This document shows, one piece after another, positions 19,621 through 29,123 of a DNA stretch of 64,000 nt (its first letter is position 1; every line of letters starts with the position of its first letter). Source of the stretch: Candidatus Curtissbacteria bacterium. Lineage in GTDB: Bacteria; Patescibacteriota; Microgenomatia; Curtissbacterales; GWA2-41-24. A program made the translations under genes and the position numbers. The DNA lies in the NCBI GenBank assembly GCA_030647775.1, contig JAUSJC010000010.1:6208-70207 (forward strand), given 5' to 3'. The notes under the pieces were generated by a model, which saw only the letters and a program-made list of their open reading frames with translations, was not told the origin of the DNA and searched no databases.

Positions 19621-19716
19621 AATCGCTAAACGCTAATCGACTAAAGACTAACGCAAACATTAACCCTTCGTCGTTAGTCGTTCGCCTGCCTTGCCGGCAG
19701 GCAGGTCGTTCGTCAA
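19621..19716. repeat. Inverted 7-mer array (GACTAAA/TTAGTCG type) with nested CCTGCCTTGCCGGCAGGCAGG palindrome
   Basis: Seen directly; near-identical arrangement at 40893-40990. Confidence 0.75.
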
Positions 19717-19737
19717 ATGTTATATTGGTATTAACCC

Positions 19738-22734
19738 ATGCCTGTATCTGCGCCACCAAAAAACAAACCCGGCGGCCTTGCCGTCTTGGCCGAAATCGAA
19801 GTCATCGAGCCGGAGTTAAAAAGACACCGCCGGGAATTTAGCCGGCAATTTTCATCCAGCCTTAGCCCAAAAATCCCCGCAATCCTTTCCGCCGTCGGTA
19901 TAGAAAATCCGCCTTCACCACAAGTATCATCAAATCTTGTTACCCAAACAGTACACCAATCACTTGAAAATGTCGGCAAAATCCAGTCCACGGCACAATT
20001 GCAGCAAGTAGTTACCGATGCTCTCACTCAAAGCGTCATCAGCCAAGAAGGAATATCCGGAGGAAAAGCGGCAGACCAAGTCTATGAAAAAATGCAGGAA
20101 CCGGCGGCGGAAGTTGTTGCCGAAAATCAAAAAGGATTGGAAGAAGAAGCCGTGCTTGCCAATATTGCCCAGATTGCCAGCCTCCAAAAGCCAAACTCCG
20201 AAACAACCGCAATCATCAGAGACGAAGTCGAATCGGTAGTTGAATCCGAGGATCCTCTCATGCCCCCCCAAGAACTCGACCAGCTAATATCAAGTGTCGA
20301 AACTTATTTGGAAAGAGGCAGAAAAAATTTAAATACGGAGCTTGCCAGTGTCACGGAGGAAAATCTCCCATCACTAGAAAAGTTTCAGGAAATCAAAAAC
20401 AAAGCCCACGACCAAACCATCTCGCAGCTTGGCGATACCCAAATCGGGAACGTCAATCTAAAAGAACTTGCTTCGGACATTGGGGCAGAACTGGGGCTCA
20501 AACCTCTCAACGGGAACCAGGCCGACAAATTCGGTTTGGGTTTTGCCGAACCTACCTCAAATACTTTTAAAACCCGAAGCCTCGAGGGCCAAAGCATGGG
20601 GCTGAGACTTGCCTCAAGCACAAAAAATCAGGAAAAAGCCATTCTAGCGCTGACTGCCCATGACGGCCAAAAGATGGGGGAGGCCCAGAGAAATCCAAGG
20701 CTGCGGGAATTTAGTTTTTTCAAAAAGGCTAAAAGTTTTCCCTCGAAAAAATCAGGTGAGATGGCAAAATACGCTAACCACTTTCAGGGGTTCCCGGGCG
20801 GGCTCAACAGGGCTTCCCAAACCGCCTGGCGTTCGATCTTTGCCTATTTAAACCGCTACCCCGGTATTTTTGTACCCCAAAGTATTTTAAATGACCGCGT
20901 CCTTGTTTCTGGAGGTATCGGCGCGCTTTCTCGAGGATCCGGCAGCTTTTCGTTTGGTAATGTTGTCTCCGGCACCCGGGGCCTGACTTCCGGTTTAAAA
21001 AGCGCTATTGGGTTCGGAAAAGGGGCAAAAGGAGTAGTTATGGCCGGCAAACTTGCCTTTGGGGCTTCCAACCCCGCCGGCTGGGCCATGCTTGCCGCCC
21101 AAGCCCTGCCATTTTTGAAAAAACATGCCGCAAAGATTATTGCCGGCGCAATCGGTCTGGGAATGCTTCTGCTTCTAATGCTCTTAAAATTACTTGCAAA
21201 GCTGGCGGCTATCGCCGCCGGCGCGGCAACCGGTGCGGTAATTGGAGCCGTTCTAGGTTTTGGCCTACCCGGGGCCATCATCGGTGCAATTATTGGCGCC
21301 GGCGTCGGCTGGATAGTTAGTAACTGGGCCGTACCCGTAGCTAATTTCGTCGGCTCGGTTTTCTCCGGCTTGGGAAGCGCCGCTTCTTCGGTAGGGCTGG
21401 CGATCAATTCCCTCGGCTCGGCTATTGTTTCCGGCGCCGGCTCCGTTTTAAGCGGCGCACTAGGAGTTCTCGGTGGTTCCGCTAACTTTGTCATGAGCCT
21501 CGGCAGTCTTTCCATCCCCGCCGGTGCCGTCTTTGCCCCTCTTGCAATCGGAATCGGTGCGGTTGGTATTGGCGGAATTCTCGTTGGCACCATCACCGCC
21601 ACCAGCTTTTTCAATTCAACAAATGAGGGGGCTGTTACTGTCCCGCCTCCCGGCGCGTCAATCGGCAACTGGCCGACTGATGGATTAGTCACCCAAGGAC
21701 CCCAAGGGTCAGCCTCTCATAAGAACATTTTTGACGGGTCAAAAGCAGAGGCAATGGATATAGCTAACGTCGCTTCCCCCCCAGTCTTTTCCACAATTAA
21801 CGGCCTTGTCAAAACCATCTTTTTCTGTTCGAAAAATAACAGTTGCAACAGTGGGTATGGAAATTATGTAGAAGTCGCCGACAGCGCAAAATCTTTCAGC
21901 ATCCTCTACGGTCATCTAAGCTCAATCGACGTGTCTCAAGGAGCCCCGATTACCCCTAATTCAAAATTGGGGATAATGGGTAATAATGGAAACTCAACCG
22001 CTACCCATCTTCATTGGGAATTTCGCGGCATTGGTTTGGCCCCTCCAAATATTCCCCAGACTATCACTCCGCCAAACTGCGATACGCCATCAATTCCCTG
22101 CAACCCCGCCTATGTCACCCGCGACCCCAACTTCAAAGGATCGCCATACTGGTTTCTCTTGGATAGGCTAAACAAAAAAGAATACCTATATCAAGGCGTC
22201 CCCGGCGACAAAGGTAAAAGCCAGCTCGTCAAAACCTTTGCTGTAAATCCGATGAAGGTTAACCCGGGAATTCCTGGCGGGATTGAAGATACAATAATAA
22301 AACCCGGGGAACCCGGATATCTTCAGCGCTGGGGACACCCTACCCCCCTGCCTCAAAAAGTCGGCAGAGAGTATTGGACATTTACCGGTGTAAACCCAAA
22401 TGATCCCGGTATTCCGGGAGGTAAATTTTTAATTCTGGACGTCCCTCCCAGCGGAACAGGCTGCACTAACCCTGACCCAAACAATAAGGAGTGTGGTGGT
22501 CCGGTACCCTATATCGAGTGCGGACCAAATAGAGACGAGCAGTGTAACTGGGGAGGCAAAAGTGGGCAGTTCGGCCTCCACGGAGTAGATGCCACCCATA
22601 CCCTGGAAGACACAGGCAGTCAGGGATGCGTTAGACATAGCACGGAGGATATGGATTTCCTTTGGAATTTACTACATGACGAAATTCCCAAAAACCGGGG
22701 ACAAATCCGTTACTATATTCAAGATGGGGTCTAA
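19738..22734 (+). CDS. Membrane protein with M23 peptidase and C-terminal L,D-transpeptidase (YkuD)-like domain
   Basis: Gly/Ala-rich TM region; GYGNYV, YGHLS, GNSTATHLH; FGLHG...GSQGCVRH. Confidence 0.75.
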   Translation: MPVSAPPKNKPGGLAVLAEIEVIEPELKRHRREFSRQFSSSLSPKIPAILSAVGIENPPSPQVSSNLVTQTVHQSLENVGKIQSTAQLQQVVTDALTQSVISQEGISGGKAADQVYEKMQEPAAEVVAENQKGLEEEAVLANIAQIASLQKPNSETTAIIRDEVESVVESEDPLMPPQELDQLISSVETYLERGRKNLNTELASVTEENLPSLEKFQEIKNKAHDQTISQLGDTQIGNVNLKELASDIGAELGLKPLNGNQADKFGLGFAEPTSNTFKTRSLEGQSMGLRLASSTKNQEKAILALTAHDGQKMGEAQRNPRLREFSFFKKAKSFPSKKSGEMAKYANHFQGFPGGLNRASQTAWRSIFAYLNRYPGIFVPQSILNDRVLVSGGIGALSRGSGSFSFGNVVSGTRGLTSGLKSAIGFGKGAKGVVMAGKLAFGASNPAGWAMLAAQALPFLKKHAAKIIAGAIGLGMLLLLMLLKLLAKLAAIAAGAATGAVIGAVLGFGLPGAIIGAIIGAGVGWIVSNWAVPVANFVGSVFSGLGSAASSVGLAINSLGSAIVSGAGSVLSGALGVLGGSANFVMSLGSLSIPAGAVFAPLAIGIGAVGIGGILVGTITATSFFNSTNEGAVTVPPPGASIGNWPTDGLVTQGPQGSASHKNIFDGSKAEAMDIANVASPPVFSTINGLVKTIFFCSKNNSCNSGYGNYVEVADSAKSFSILYGHLSSIDVSQGAPITPNSKLGIMGNNGNSTATHLHWEFRGIGLAPPNIPQTITPPNCDTPSIPCNPAYVTRDPNFKGSPYWFLLDRLNKKEYLYQGVPGDKGKSQLVKTFAVNPMKVNPGIPGGIEDTIIKPGEPGYLQRWGHPTPLPQKVGREYWTFTGVNPNDPGIPGGKFLILDVPPSGTGCTNPDPNNKECGGPVPYIECGPNRDEQCNWGGKSGQFGLHGVDATHTLEDTGSQGCVRHSTEDMDFLWNLLHDEIPKNRGQIRYYIQDGV

Positions 22735-23790
22735 ATGAAATTATCAGATTTTTCGCCAACACCTAAAAAGATTCTGGCTACCTTGGCCACTATTCTGCTT
22801 CTCATTGGCCTGACCATTCTAATATTTTTAAGATACCAGTCCTCCAATAAAGAGACTCCTCCGGTAGTTATCCCCGGGCCGACTATCGTTCTGCCGCCGG
22901 ATGTTGCCAAACCGAAAATCGCCAACATTTCTTTTCAGTTTAAAGACCCCAGCCTTCCGGATAAGGTTAACGTCTACAAAGTGAACTACACGCTTGATGG
23001 CAAATTTGCAAATCAAGTTGCCGCAACTTTTTCGTTTCAAAATCAGCCAGAAACAACCAATGACGCACAAGGGAATACCACCATGACTTGGGAAAACCCC
23101 GGCGGCAGTGAAAGATTAAGTATTACTCTCGAAAACGGACTCGTACAGTACACTGCTTCTCCCACACATGGCAAGCCAGACATCGGCCAGCCGCCGCTGC
23201 CAACCATTACCTCAAAGGAACAAGCGGCTATTTTAGCCAACAGTTTTTTAAGAAACCATAACTTGCTTGCTCCGGGCCTATCCCCATCGACAGTTCTCCC
23301 GTTCATATCTTCAGAGGGTAAATACATAAATCTGGTAGCTGACCTGTCCAAGGCAAAACTTTTTCAGGTTAATTTTTCTGCCACCCTGGGGAACAATAGG
23401 ATTTACTACCAATTTGCAAACGACGCACCTGTTAGCGTCTGGCTTGATAATTTCCAATCGCCAACCAAAGTTGTCTACCAATACCCAATCCCGCTTACCG
23501 AAAAACCAACACAGAAACCAATTATTACAATCGATCAAGCAAAAAGTAAATTAGAACAAGGGGAAGGAACAATTGTCAATTTCGAACCAGGAATCCCCGA
23601 CCCGAAAAGCACGGAAGCAATGCAGTCGGCAACTTTAACAGACGCCCAGCTAGCCTACTTTGATGATAGTAGATCCGGTTTTCTCCAGCCGATTTTGGTA
23701 TTTAAGGGCGAAGCAATCTATCCAAAAGCAGGTAAACTACCAATTACTATTTATTTGCCAGCGCAGACAACTCAACCAACAAATAACTAA
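22735..23790 (+). CDS. Single-TM exported hypothetical protein
   Basis: N-terminal anchor; C-terminal LAYF...LQPILVFKG. Confidence 0.7.
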   Translation: MKLSDFSPTPKKILATLATILLLIGLTILIFLRYQSSNKETPPVVIPGPTIVLPPDVAKPKIANISFQFKDPSLPDKVNVYKVNYTLDGKFANQVAATFSFQNQPETTNDAQGNTTMTWENPGGSERLSITLENGLVQYTASPTHGKPDIGQPPLPTITSKEQAAILANSFLRNHNLLAPGLSPSTVLPFISSEGKYINLVADLSKAKLFQVNFSATLGNNRIYYQFANDAPVSVWLDNFQSPTKVVYQYPIPLTEKPTQKPIITIDQAKSKLEQGEGTIVNFEPGIPDPKSTEAMQSATLTDAQLAYFDDSRSGFLQPILVFKGEAIYPKAGKLPITIYLPAQTTQPTNN

Positions 23791-24086
23791 TAATTCCTAA
23801 ACTTTATTTTAAAAACAACTCTCCCCCCGAGGGCTTTATTAATGTCCTTTATCAGCCCGCCAGCGCGCATTAAAAGTTCTGTCCGCGCCAGTCCCTGCAC
23901 CTTTACGGTTAACTCCCCATTTTTGAAACTGGTTGCCTTGGCGCTCTCTATTGCCTCTTTCGGCAAATCGGGAGTCGCCAAAAGCACATCACCAAAAGCT
24001 CTCCTTACAAAAAGTGCGAACATTGCCTCACTCGTTTTTGAATGGCGCGGTAGATTTCTGATTAATTTATCAATAGAGGTGAACAC
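23787..24086 (-). CDS. DciA (DUF721) family helicase loader
   Basis: SFKNGELTVKV...ELLM...LIKDINKALG...IKF; downstream of dnaN. Confidence 0.65.
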   Translation of the reverse strand: MFTSIDKLIRNLPRHSKTSEAMFALFVRRAFGDVLLATPDLPKEAIESAKATSFKNGELTVKVQGLARTELLMRAGGLIKDINKALGGRVVFKIKFRNY

Positions 24087-24176
24087 ACCCCTAGTATAGG
24101 GGAATAAATACCAATTTCAAATGTCAAATTTCAAATAATTGGATATTGGAAATTAGAAATTGGAAATTCCAGAGCT

Positions 24177-25364
24177 TTAGCTCTGGAGTCTAACCGGCAT
24201 GATGATGTGGAAAAACTTTTCTTCTGGCAAAACTCCGGTTAATTTCCCGGGGTTTAAACTTTCAACCATCTCAAAATTAACTTCCTCGTCTTCAATAACC
24301 CCCAAGGCTTCCAGCAAATAACGGTAATTAAAAGCTATTTCTCCGCCGGCACCGGAAAGTTCAATCCCTATTTGCCCATTTCCGGAACCAACCTGGGCCG
24401 CCCCCGCTGAAACATTAAGTGATTGGGCTTTGGCGCCTCCGCCGGCTGGCGGATTCCCCGCCTGCCTGCCGGCAGGCATGGCTTCAAATTTTAAGCGCAA
24501 AATGCTTCCGGAATCTCTTGCAAAAATTGAGGCAATACGAACCACCTTAATAAACTCTTCTTTATTCACCCTTGCATGGCTCACAAAACTGGCCGGTATT
24601 ACTTTTTGCCAGTTGGGGAATTCTCCCTCAATAAGCCTCGATGTAAACTCAACTTCCCCCATCTTAAAACTTATTTGATTCAACCCTTCCGCCACCACAA
24701 TATCGATTACTCCTTCTTTGGCTCCTTCACCCCCAAGTTCACCACCAATTTTGGCAGCTTCCAAAATTGCCCTTGCCGGTACCACAATCTTGATACCCAA
24801 AGGGGGCGCCTCCAAAACCTTAACTTCATCAAAGCTCAACCTGTACCCGTCCGTTGCCACCATTGCCACTTTCCCTCCGCTAAATTCACACAAAACTCCG
24901 GTCAAAATTGGCCTTCCTTCGTCCTGTGCGGCCGCAAAAGCGACACGTGCTGCGGCTTTCGAAAAAACATCGGCCCCTATTTTTATTTTGTGCCCCCCCT
25001 CAATTTTGGGTATCGCCGGGAATTCCTCTGCCGCGATGGTTGCAAACCTTGCCTCGTATCCTTTTGTTAAAATCTGCACCTCTTCCCCTAATTTTTCAAA
25101 AACCACATCCCCCTCTTGCGGCAATTGGGAAATAAATTCCTGAAGCATCTTCCCCGAAAGGGTTACTTTCCCCTCGGCTTCCACCTCTCCCGCTATCGTG
25201 ACCTTCGTCGCTGTTTCCAAATTCGTCGAAAGGACCTCTATTTTACTTTTTGTTGCACTTATCAGGAGATTGGAAAGAATTGGTAAATTTGCCTTCACTA
25301 GGAGAGATTTGCCCGCAAGGAGCAGGGCGAGAGACATGTCTTTTTGTGAAACCGTGAACTTCAT
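24177..25364 (-). CDS. dnaN: DNA polymerase III beta clamp
   Basis: LPILSN, RPILTGV, VATDGYRLS, SRLIEGEFP, IMPVR. Confidence 0.97.
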   Translation of the reverse strand: MKFTVSQKDMSLALLLAGKSLLVKANLPILSNLLISATKSKIEVLSTNLETATKVTIAGEVEAEGKVTLSGKMLQEFISQLPQEGDVVFEKLGEEVQILTKGYEARFATIAAEEFPAIPKIEGGHKIKIGADVFSKAAARVAFAAAQDEGRPILTGVLCEFSGGKVAMVATDGYRLSFDEVKVLEAPPLGIKIVVPARAILEAAKIGGELGGEGAKEGVIDIVVAEGLNQISFKMGEVEFTSRLIEGEFPNWQKVIPASFVSHARVNKEEFIKVVRIASIFARDSGSILRLKFEAMPAGRQAGNPPAGGGAKAQSLNVSAGAAQVGSGNGQIGIELSGAGGEIAFNYRYLLEALGVIEDEEVNFEMVESLNPGKLTGVLPEEKFFHIIMPVRLQS

Positions 25365-25659
25365 TTATGTGGGGACAGATTAAAAAGAAGATCGCAAGCT
25401 CTACCAGTTAATTGTGATTATAATCTCAATCCTCACTTATGTCTACCAGTTATCCCCAATTCTAAAAGAAAAATTAAATACTTTAATTACTATTCAAATA
25501 AGTAGTAGTAATTATAAAAGGGTTGTTATGTTGAAAGACAGCCATTTGCCAAAGGCAAATTGTTGTGTATTTCATATGTTTAAAACCGGCCCAAAATAGT
25601 TAATAAAAAAATTAAATTGTGGACAAGCCATTAAAATTAGTGGATAAATTATTAGTAAA
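25365..25659. promoter_or_regulatory. oriC: oriC core (dnaA-dnaN intergenic)
   Basis: DnaA-box-like TTATCCCCA 25450, TGTGGACAA 25618, AGTGGATAA 25639; AT-rich stretch with TAG repeats (AGTAGTAGTA 25501). Confidence 0.8.
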
Positions 25660-27012
25660 TTAGTTGGAAGAAATCGCAGTTGTTAGTCTTAAAATTTCAT
25701 CGTTTTTAATTTGGTTGAGGCAAAGATTTTCAACCCTTTCGATCCCATGGATAATAGTGGAATGATCCCTGCCGCCCAAAATGTCACCAATTGTCGACAA
25801 AGGCAAACCCAGTTGCTTTCTAAGGAGATACATTAAAGTTTGTCTTGCCTCAACAAGCCGGGATTTTCGGGAGGGACCGCACAAATCATCGCTTGAAACC
25901 TTAAAATGCCGGGAAACGATATCCATAATTTTCCCGGGAGTTACGATGGGGGAATTAAGGTTGGTATCTCGGCCGATAGCCGCCCTTACTTCTTCAAGGT
26001 CAACCCTGCCGCCCGAAAGTTTGGAAAGTGCTAAAACGGAAACAAGAGAACCCTCAAGCTCTCTTGCACCTCCCCGGCAGCGTTCGGCCAGATAATGGAT
26101 GATTGAAGAGTCCAAAGAAATTCCCTTCTCCTTAGATTTGGAGGTAAGTATTGCCGTTTTCATCTCTAAATCAGGAAAAGTTATCCCGCACGCCATACCG
26201 CCCAAAAACCTAGAAACTAATCTGTCCTTAAGCCTGGCAATTTCTTTGGGATGGCGGTCGGATGCCAGAACTATTTGTTTGCCCGAAAGATGAAGTTCAT
26301 CAAAGGTATAGAAAAATTCATCCTGAGTACTTTCTTTACCGGCGAAAAATTGAATATCGTCGACCAAAAGCACATCGGCGCTTCTGTATTTGGATCTAAA
26401 AGCCTGTTGGGTTTTGTTATTCAAAGATTCAATATAGTCGTTGGTAAACCTTTCGGCCGAAACATAAAGGATCTTTGCATTGACGGTTTTTACTAGCACT
26501 TCGTTGCCGATTGCCTGTAGGAGATGCGTCTTCCCCACACCGGTTGGGCCGTGGATTAAAAGAGGGTTGTAAAGTGAACCAAGGCTGGTAGTCGCCTGGG
26601 TTGCCGCCAAATATGCCAAATTGTTAGAACCGCCGACAACAAAATTTTCAAACGTGTGGGATATTGAAAGCGTGTCCGGGCTTTTTGATTTAGTAATGAA
26701 ATCAAGCGGCCTGCCGGAGAATAAAGGACCATTCTTGGTCGGTGGAGTCTTTTCTTTCTGGCTGACGACAAAAATAACCGAGAGTTTTTTGTAGTTTAAG
26801 GTTTTGGCGCTTTTCAAAATAACTTCCCTGTACCGGTTTTCTATCTGTTCCCTGACAAAGCTATTCCTCACCCCGACAACCAACAGGTCGCGTCCCTCCT
26901 CGCTTTTTAAATCCAGAACAAAAGTTCCCGAAAACCACGTTTTAAAAGTAGACGTTGAGACTTGAGTTTTAAAGTTGGAAAGAATGTTGTTCCAGATTTT
27001 TTGGCCTGACAC
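25660..27012 (-). CDS. dnaA: Chromosomal replication initiator DnaA
   Basis: YNPLLIHGPTGVGKTHL, LLVDDIQF, GGRDHSTIIH. Confidence 0.98.
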   Translation of the reverse strand: MSGQKIWNNILSNFKTQVSTSTFKTWFSGTFVLDLKSEEGRDLLVVGVRNSFVREQIENRYREVILKSAKTLNYKKLSVIFVVSQKEKTPPTKNGPLFSGRPLDFITKSKSPDTLSISHTFENFVVGGSNNLAYLAATQATTSLGSLYNPLLIHGPTGVGKTHLLQAIGNEVLVKTVNAKILYVSAERFTNDYIESLNNKTQQAFRSKYRSADVLLVDDIQFFAGKESTQDEFFYTFDELHLSGKQIVLASDRHPKEIARLKDRLVSRFLGGMACGITFPDLEMKTAILTSKSKEKGISLDSSIIHYLAERCRGGARELEGSLVSVLALSKLSGGRVDLEEVRAAIGRDTNLNSPIVTPGKIMDIVSRHFKVSSDDLCGPSRKSRLVEARQTLMYLLRKQLGLPLSTIGDILGGRDHSTIIHGIERVENLCLNQIKNDEILRLTTAISSN

Positions 27013-27039
27013 GATAATAGTACCTTTCTAAAAAGTATT

Positions 27040-27200
27040 GTGCAGGCTGTAAGTCCTAGTCTGTCGGCAGGCAGAGTAGGATTGAAAATCCTGGTCCGTG
27101 GCAGACGGAGAAGGGCGAAAGTCCTAAGTGCAGTCAAAGGGCTTGCCGGGGGCTGAATCCGGGTAGAGCGAAGATCTAATTCACCCCGCTTAGCGGGGCG
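27040..27200 (+). ncRNA. Candidate structured RNA between dnaA and rpmH
   Basis: Five to six adjacent hairpins with G-U pairs and a GAAA tetraloop on the + strand. Confidence 0.35.
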
Positions 27201-27270
27201 AGGGATCAATTTTTCGAGAACTTGAAAATAAGCTCTCTTCTTTTTGGCTCGCAAACTATATTTGCAAAAC

Positions 27271-27427
27271 TTTTCCACAATTGTCAAGCAGTCAAAAATT
27301 TTGTTGAAAACTAAATATTTTACTGCGCAGACCCCGTCAATTCGCTCCTTGAGCCGTGTATGAATAATACTGAAAAGGCGAAAGGTAAGAATGAGTGGGG
27401 TCAAGGACGCAAAATTATTGTGGATAA
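27271..27427. promoter_or_regulatory. DnaA boxes upstream of dnaA
   Basis: TTTTCCACA at 27271; perfect TGTGGATAA at 27419. Confidence 0.75.
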
Positions 27428-27434
27428 CCCTCTT

Positions 27435-27550
27435 TGGGCTATTAGGAATTTAGGCAGTTGGGTTATTAAGGATGAAACTAAATCTTGCTAAAATCCCCGG
27501 TTTCCTGATATCCTAATGGCCTAATAACCCAAAAACCTAATAACCTAATC
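27435..27550. repeat. Inverted 8-mer array ending at the rpmH start
   Basis: ttggg/ttagg units then cctaat/cccaa units. Confidence 0.65.
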
Positions 27551-27552
27551 AT

Positions 27553-27690
27553 ATGCCGAAACGAACTTATCAACCGAAAAAAAGAAAAAGGGCAAAAACT
27601 CACGGTTTTCGAGTCAGGATGCGCACGACTGACGGCAGGTCAGTGTTAAAACGCCGAAGAGCCAAAAAACGTGTAAAACTTACAGTTTAA
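27553..27690 (+). CDS. rpmH: 50S ribosomal protein L34
   Basis: Not in ORF track; [45 protein letters not shown]. Confidence 0.97.
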   Translation: MPKRTYQPKKRKRAKTHGFRVRMRTTDGRSVLKRRRAKKRVKLTV

Positions 27691-27694
27691 ACCA

Positions 27695-27958
27695 TTGGAA
27701 CAAAAAGCTTTAAAAATTCCGGGTGAAGATTTCACCTTGATAATCAAAAAAGGGGTACCAAAAACAGTAATCGTCATAAGCAAAAAAGTTGCCAAATTAG
27801 CAGTAGATAGAAATAGGATCAGACGGCTTTTCAAAGAGGCTCTAAGGAGTTTGAATTTTAAGGGTCAGACAACGGTTATAGTCAAAAAAAATATCGCCCA
27901 GTACAAAAAAGAACAAGTACAAAAAGCTTTAGAAAAATTGCTCACCAAATATGTCTAA
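27695..27958 (+). CDS. rnpA: RNase P protein component (short form)
   Basis: SKKVAKLAVDRNRIRR (RNR motif); position after rpmH. Confidence 0.9.
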   Translation: MEQKALKIPGEDFTLIIKKGVPKTVIVISKKVAKLAVDRNRIRRLFKEALRSLNFKGQTTVIVKKNIAQYKKEQVQKALEKLLTKYV

Positions 27959-28160
27959 AAAAATCGCCAGAATCATCTTCTTCATCTACCAAGGTGTAAC
28001 TAGATCAAACACCAGATCTTGCCGCTTTACACCGACCTGCTCGAAGTACGCTCTTGACGCCATCGAGAAGTATGGAGGAGTCCATGGATCATACCTTGCC
28101 ATAAGAAGGGTTCTCGCCTGTCATCCATTTTCCAGGCGTCCCTTTTATGACCCAGCCTAA
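27951..28160 (+). CDS. yidD: Membrane protein insertion efficiency factor
   Basis: CRFTPTCSKYA...RVLACHPF. Confidence 0.93.
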   Translation: MSKKIARIIFFIYQGVTRSNTRSCRFTPTCSKYALDAIEKYGGVHGSYLAIRRVLACHPFSRRPFYDPA

Positions 28161-28165
28161 AACCC

Positions 28166-28987
28166 ATGAACCCATACGATACTTTCTTATTCAACCCGAT
28201 CCTTAATCTCTTAATAGCAATCTATACTTTTTTGCACGCGCTTTCGATTCCAGGAGCACTTGGGCTATCAATAATTATTCTCTCCGCTGGAATCAGGCTT
28301 GTCCTTTGGCCGTTAACATCAGTGCAGCTTAGAAGCACCCAAAAAATGGCAGCTCTCAAACCGCATCTGGACAGGATTAAAATCGATCATGGCCACGATA
28401 AAGTGCGTCACCAGCAGGAGGTTAGCAAGCTTTACAAAGAACACGGCGTTAATCCTTTGGCTGGTTGTTTGCCTCTTCTTGTACAAATGCCGTTTTTTAT
28501 TGGGCTCTACAATGTTTTGGATAAGGCCTTGCAGTTTAATAATGCCAACTTTATAGGTTCGATAAACAGCCATCTTTATTCAACCTCCCTTTACCTTACC
28601 ACCAAACCAGACACTTCCTTTTTGGGTATCTCCCTCTCTACCCGCCCCAACGAATGGGCGCATGTAGGTTTTATCATTTTAGCTATCCCCCTTATCACGG
28701 GACTGCTCCAATTTGTCCAGTCAAAGATGCTTACACCGCAGGTGTCGCCCACCGCTATCAAAAAGAGCGGCGATAAAAAAGCCAGCACGGAAGACACCAT
28801 GTCCCAAGTCCAGTCCCAAATGACTTATCTTATGCCGGTTATGATTGCTTTCTTTTCATATGGTTTTGCCGTTGGCCTCTCCCTCTACTGGAATACATTC
28901 ACCATTATTGGTATCATCCAGCAATATATAATCTCCGGTCCCGGAGCCTTGAATAAATATCTGCCGAAGAGATTACAGAAAATTTAA
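28166..28987 (+). CDS. yidC: YidC/Oxa1 membrane insertase
   Basis: LYKEHGVNPLAGCLPLLVQMP; GLSLYW. Confidence 0.95.
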   Translation: MNPYDTFLFNPILNLLIAIYTFLHALSIPGALGLSIIILSAGIRLVLWPLTSVQLRSTQKMAALKPHLDRIKIDHGHDKVRHQQEVSKLYKEHGVNPLAGCLPLLVQMPFFIGLYNVLDKALQFNNANFIGSINSHLYSTSLYLTTKPDTSFLGISLSTRPNEWAHVGFIILAIPLITGLLQFVQSKMLTPQVSPTAIKKSGDKKASTEDTMSQVQSQMTYLMPVMIAFFSYGFAVGLSLYWNTFTIIGIIQQYIISGPGALNKYLPKRLQKI

Positions 28988-28999
28988 GATGCTACCTCT

Positions 29000-29097
29000 G
29001 TCATTCCGGACTTGATCCGGAATCTATACGTTTGGCAAGATCCTGAACCAAGCCTTCGAGGCCGTGAGCCCTCAGGCCGAATCGGTTCAGGATGACG
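29000..29097. repeat. REP-like GTCAT palindrome pair with nested insert
   Basis: GTCATTCCGGACTTGATCCGGAATC; GATCCTGAACC...GGTTCAGGATGAC. Confidence 0.75.
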
Positions 29098-29123
29098 GTG
29101 AGAAGAAGTGTCAAAATAAAGTT

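Noticed and set aside
20856-21692. Long antisense ORFs here and opposite groEL, the O-antigen ligase and VirB6-like genes
   Set aside because: Shadow frames of Gly/Ala-rich or codon-biased genes on the other strand.
25414-25599. 61-aa ORF between dnaN and dnaA
   Set aside because: Overlaps oriC features and has no protein-like signal.
27100-27200. RNase P RNA (GAAAGTCC motif near rnpA)
   Set aside because: Lacks the full GAGGAAAGUCC context and a recognisable 3' P4 strand; kept only as an unassigned RNA candidate.
26907-27404. 165-aa ORF upstream of dnaA
   Set aside because: Overlaps the dnaA start and DnaA boxes; no recognisable motif.
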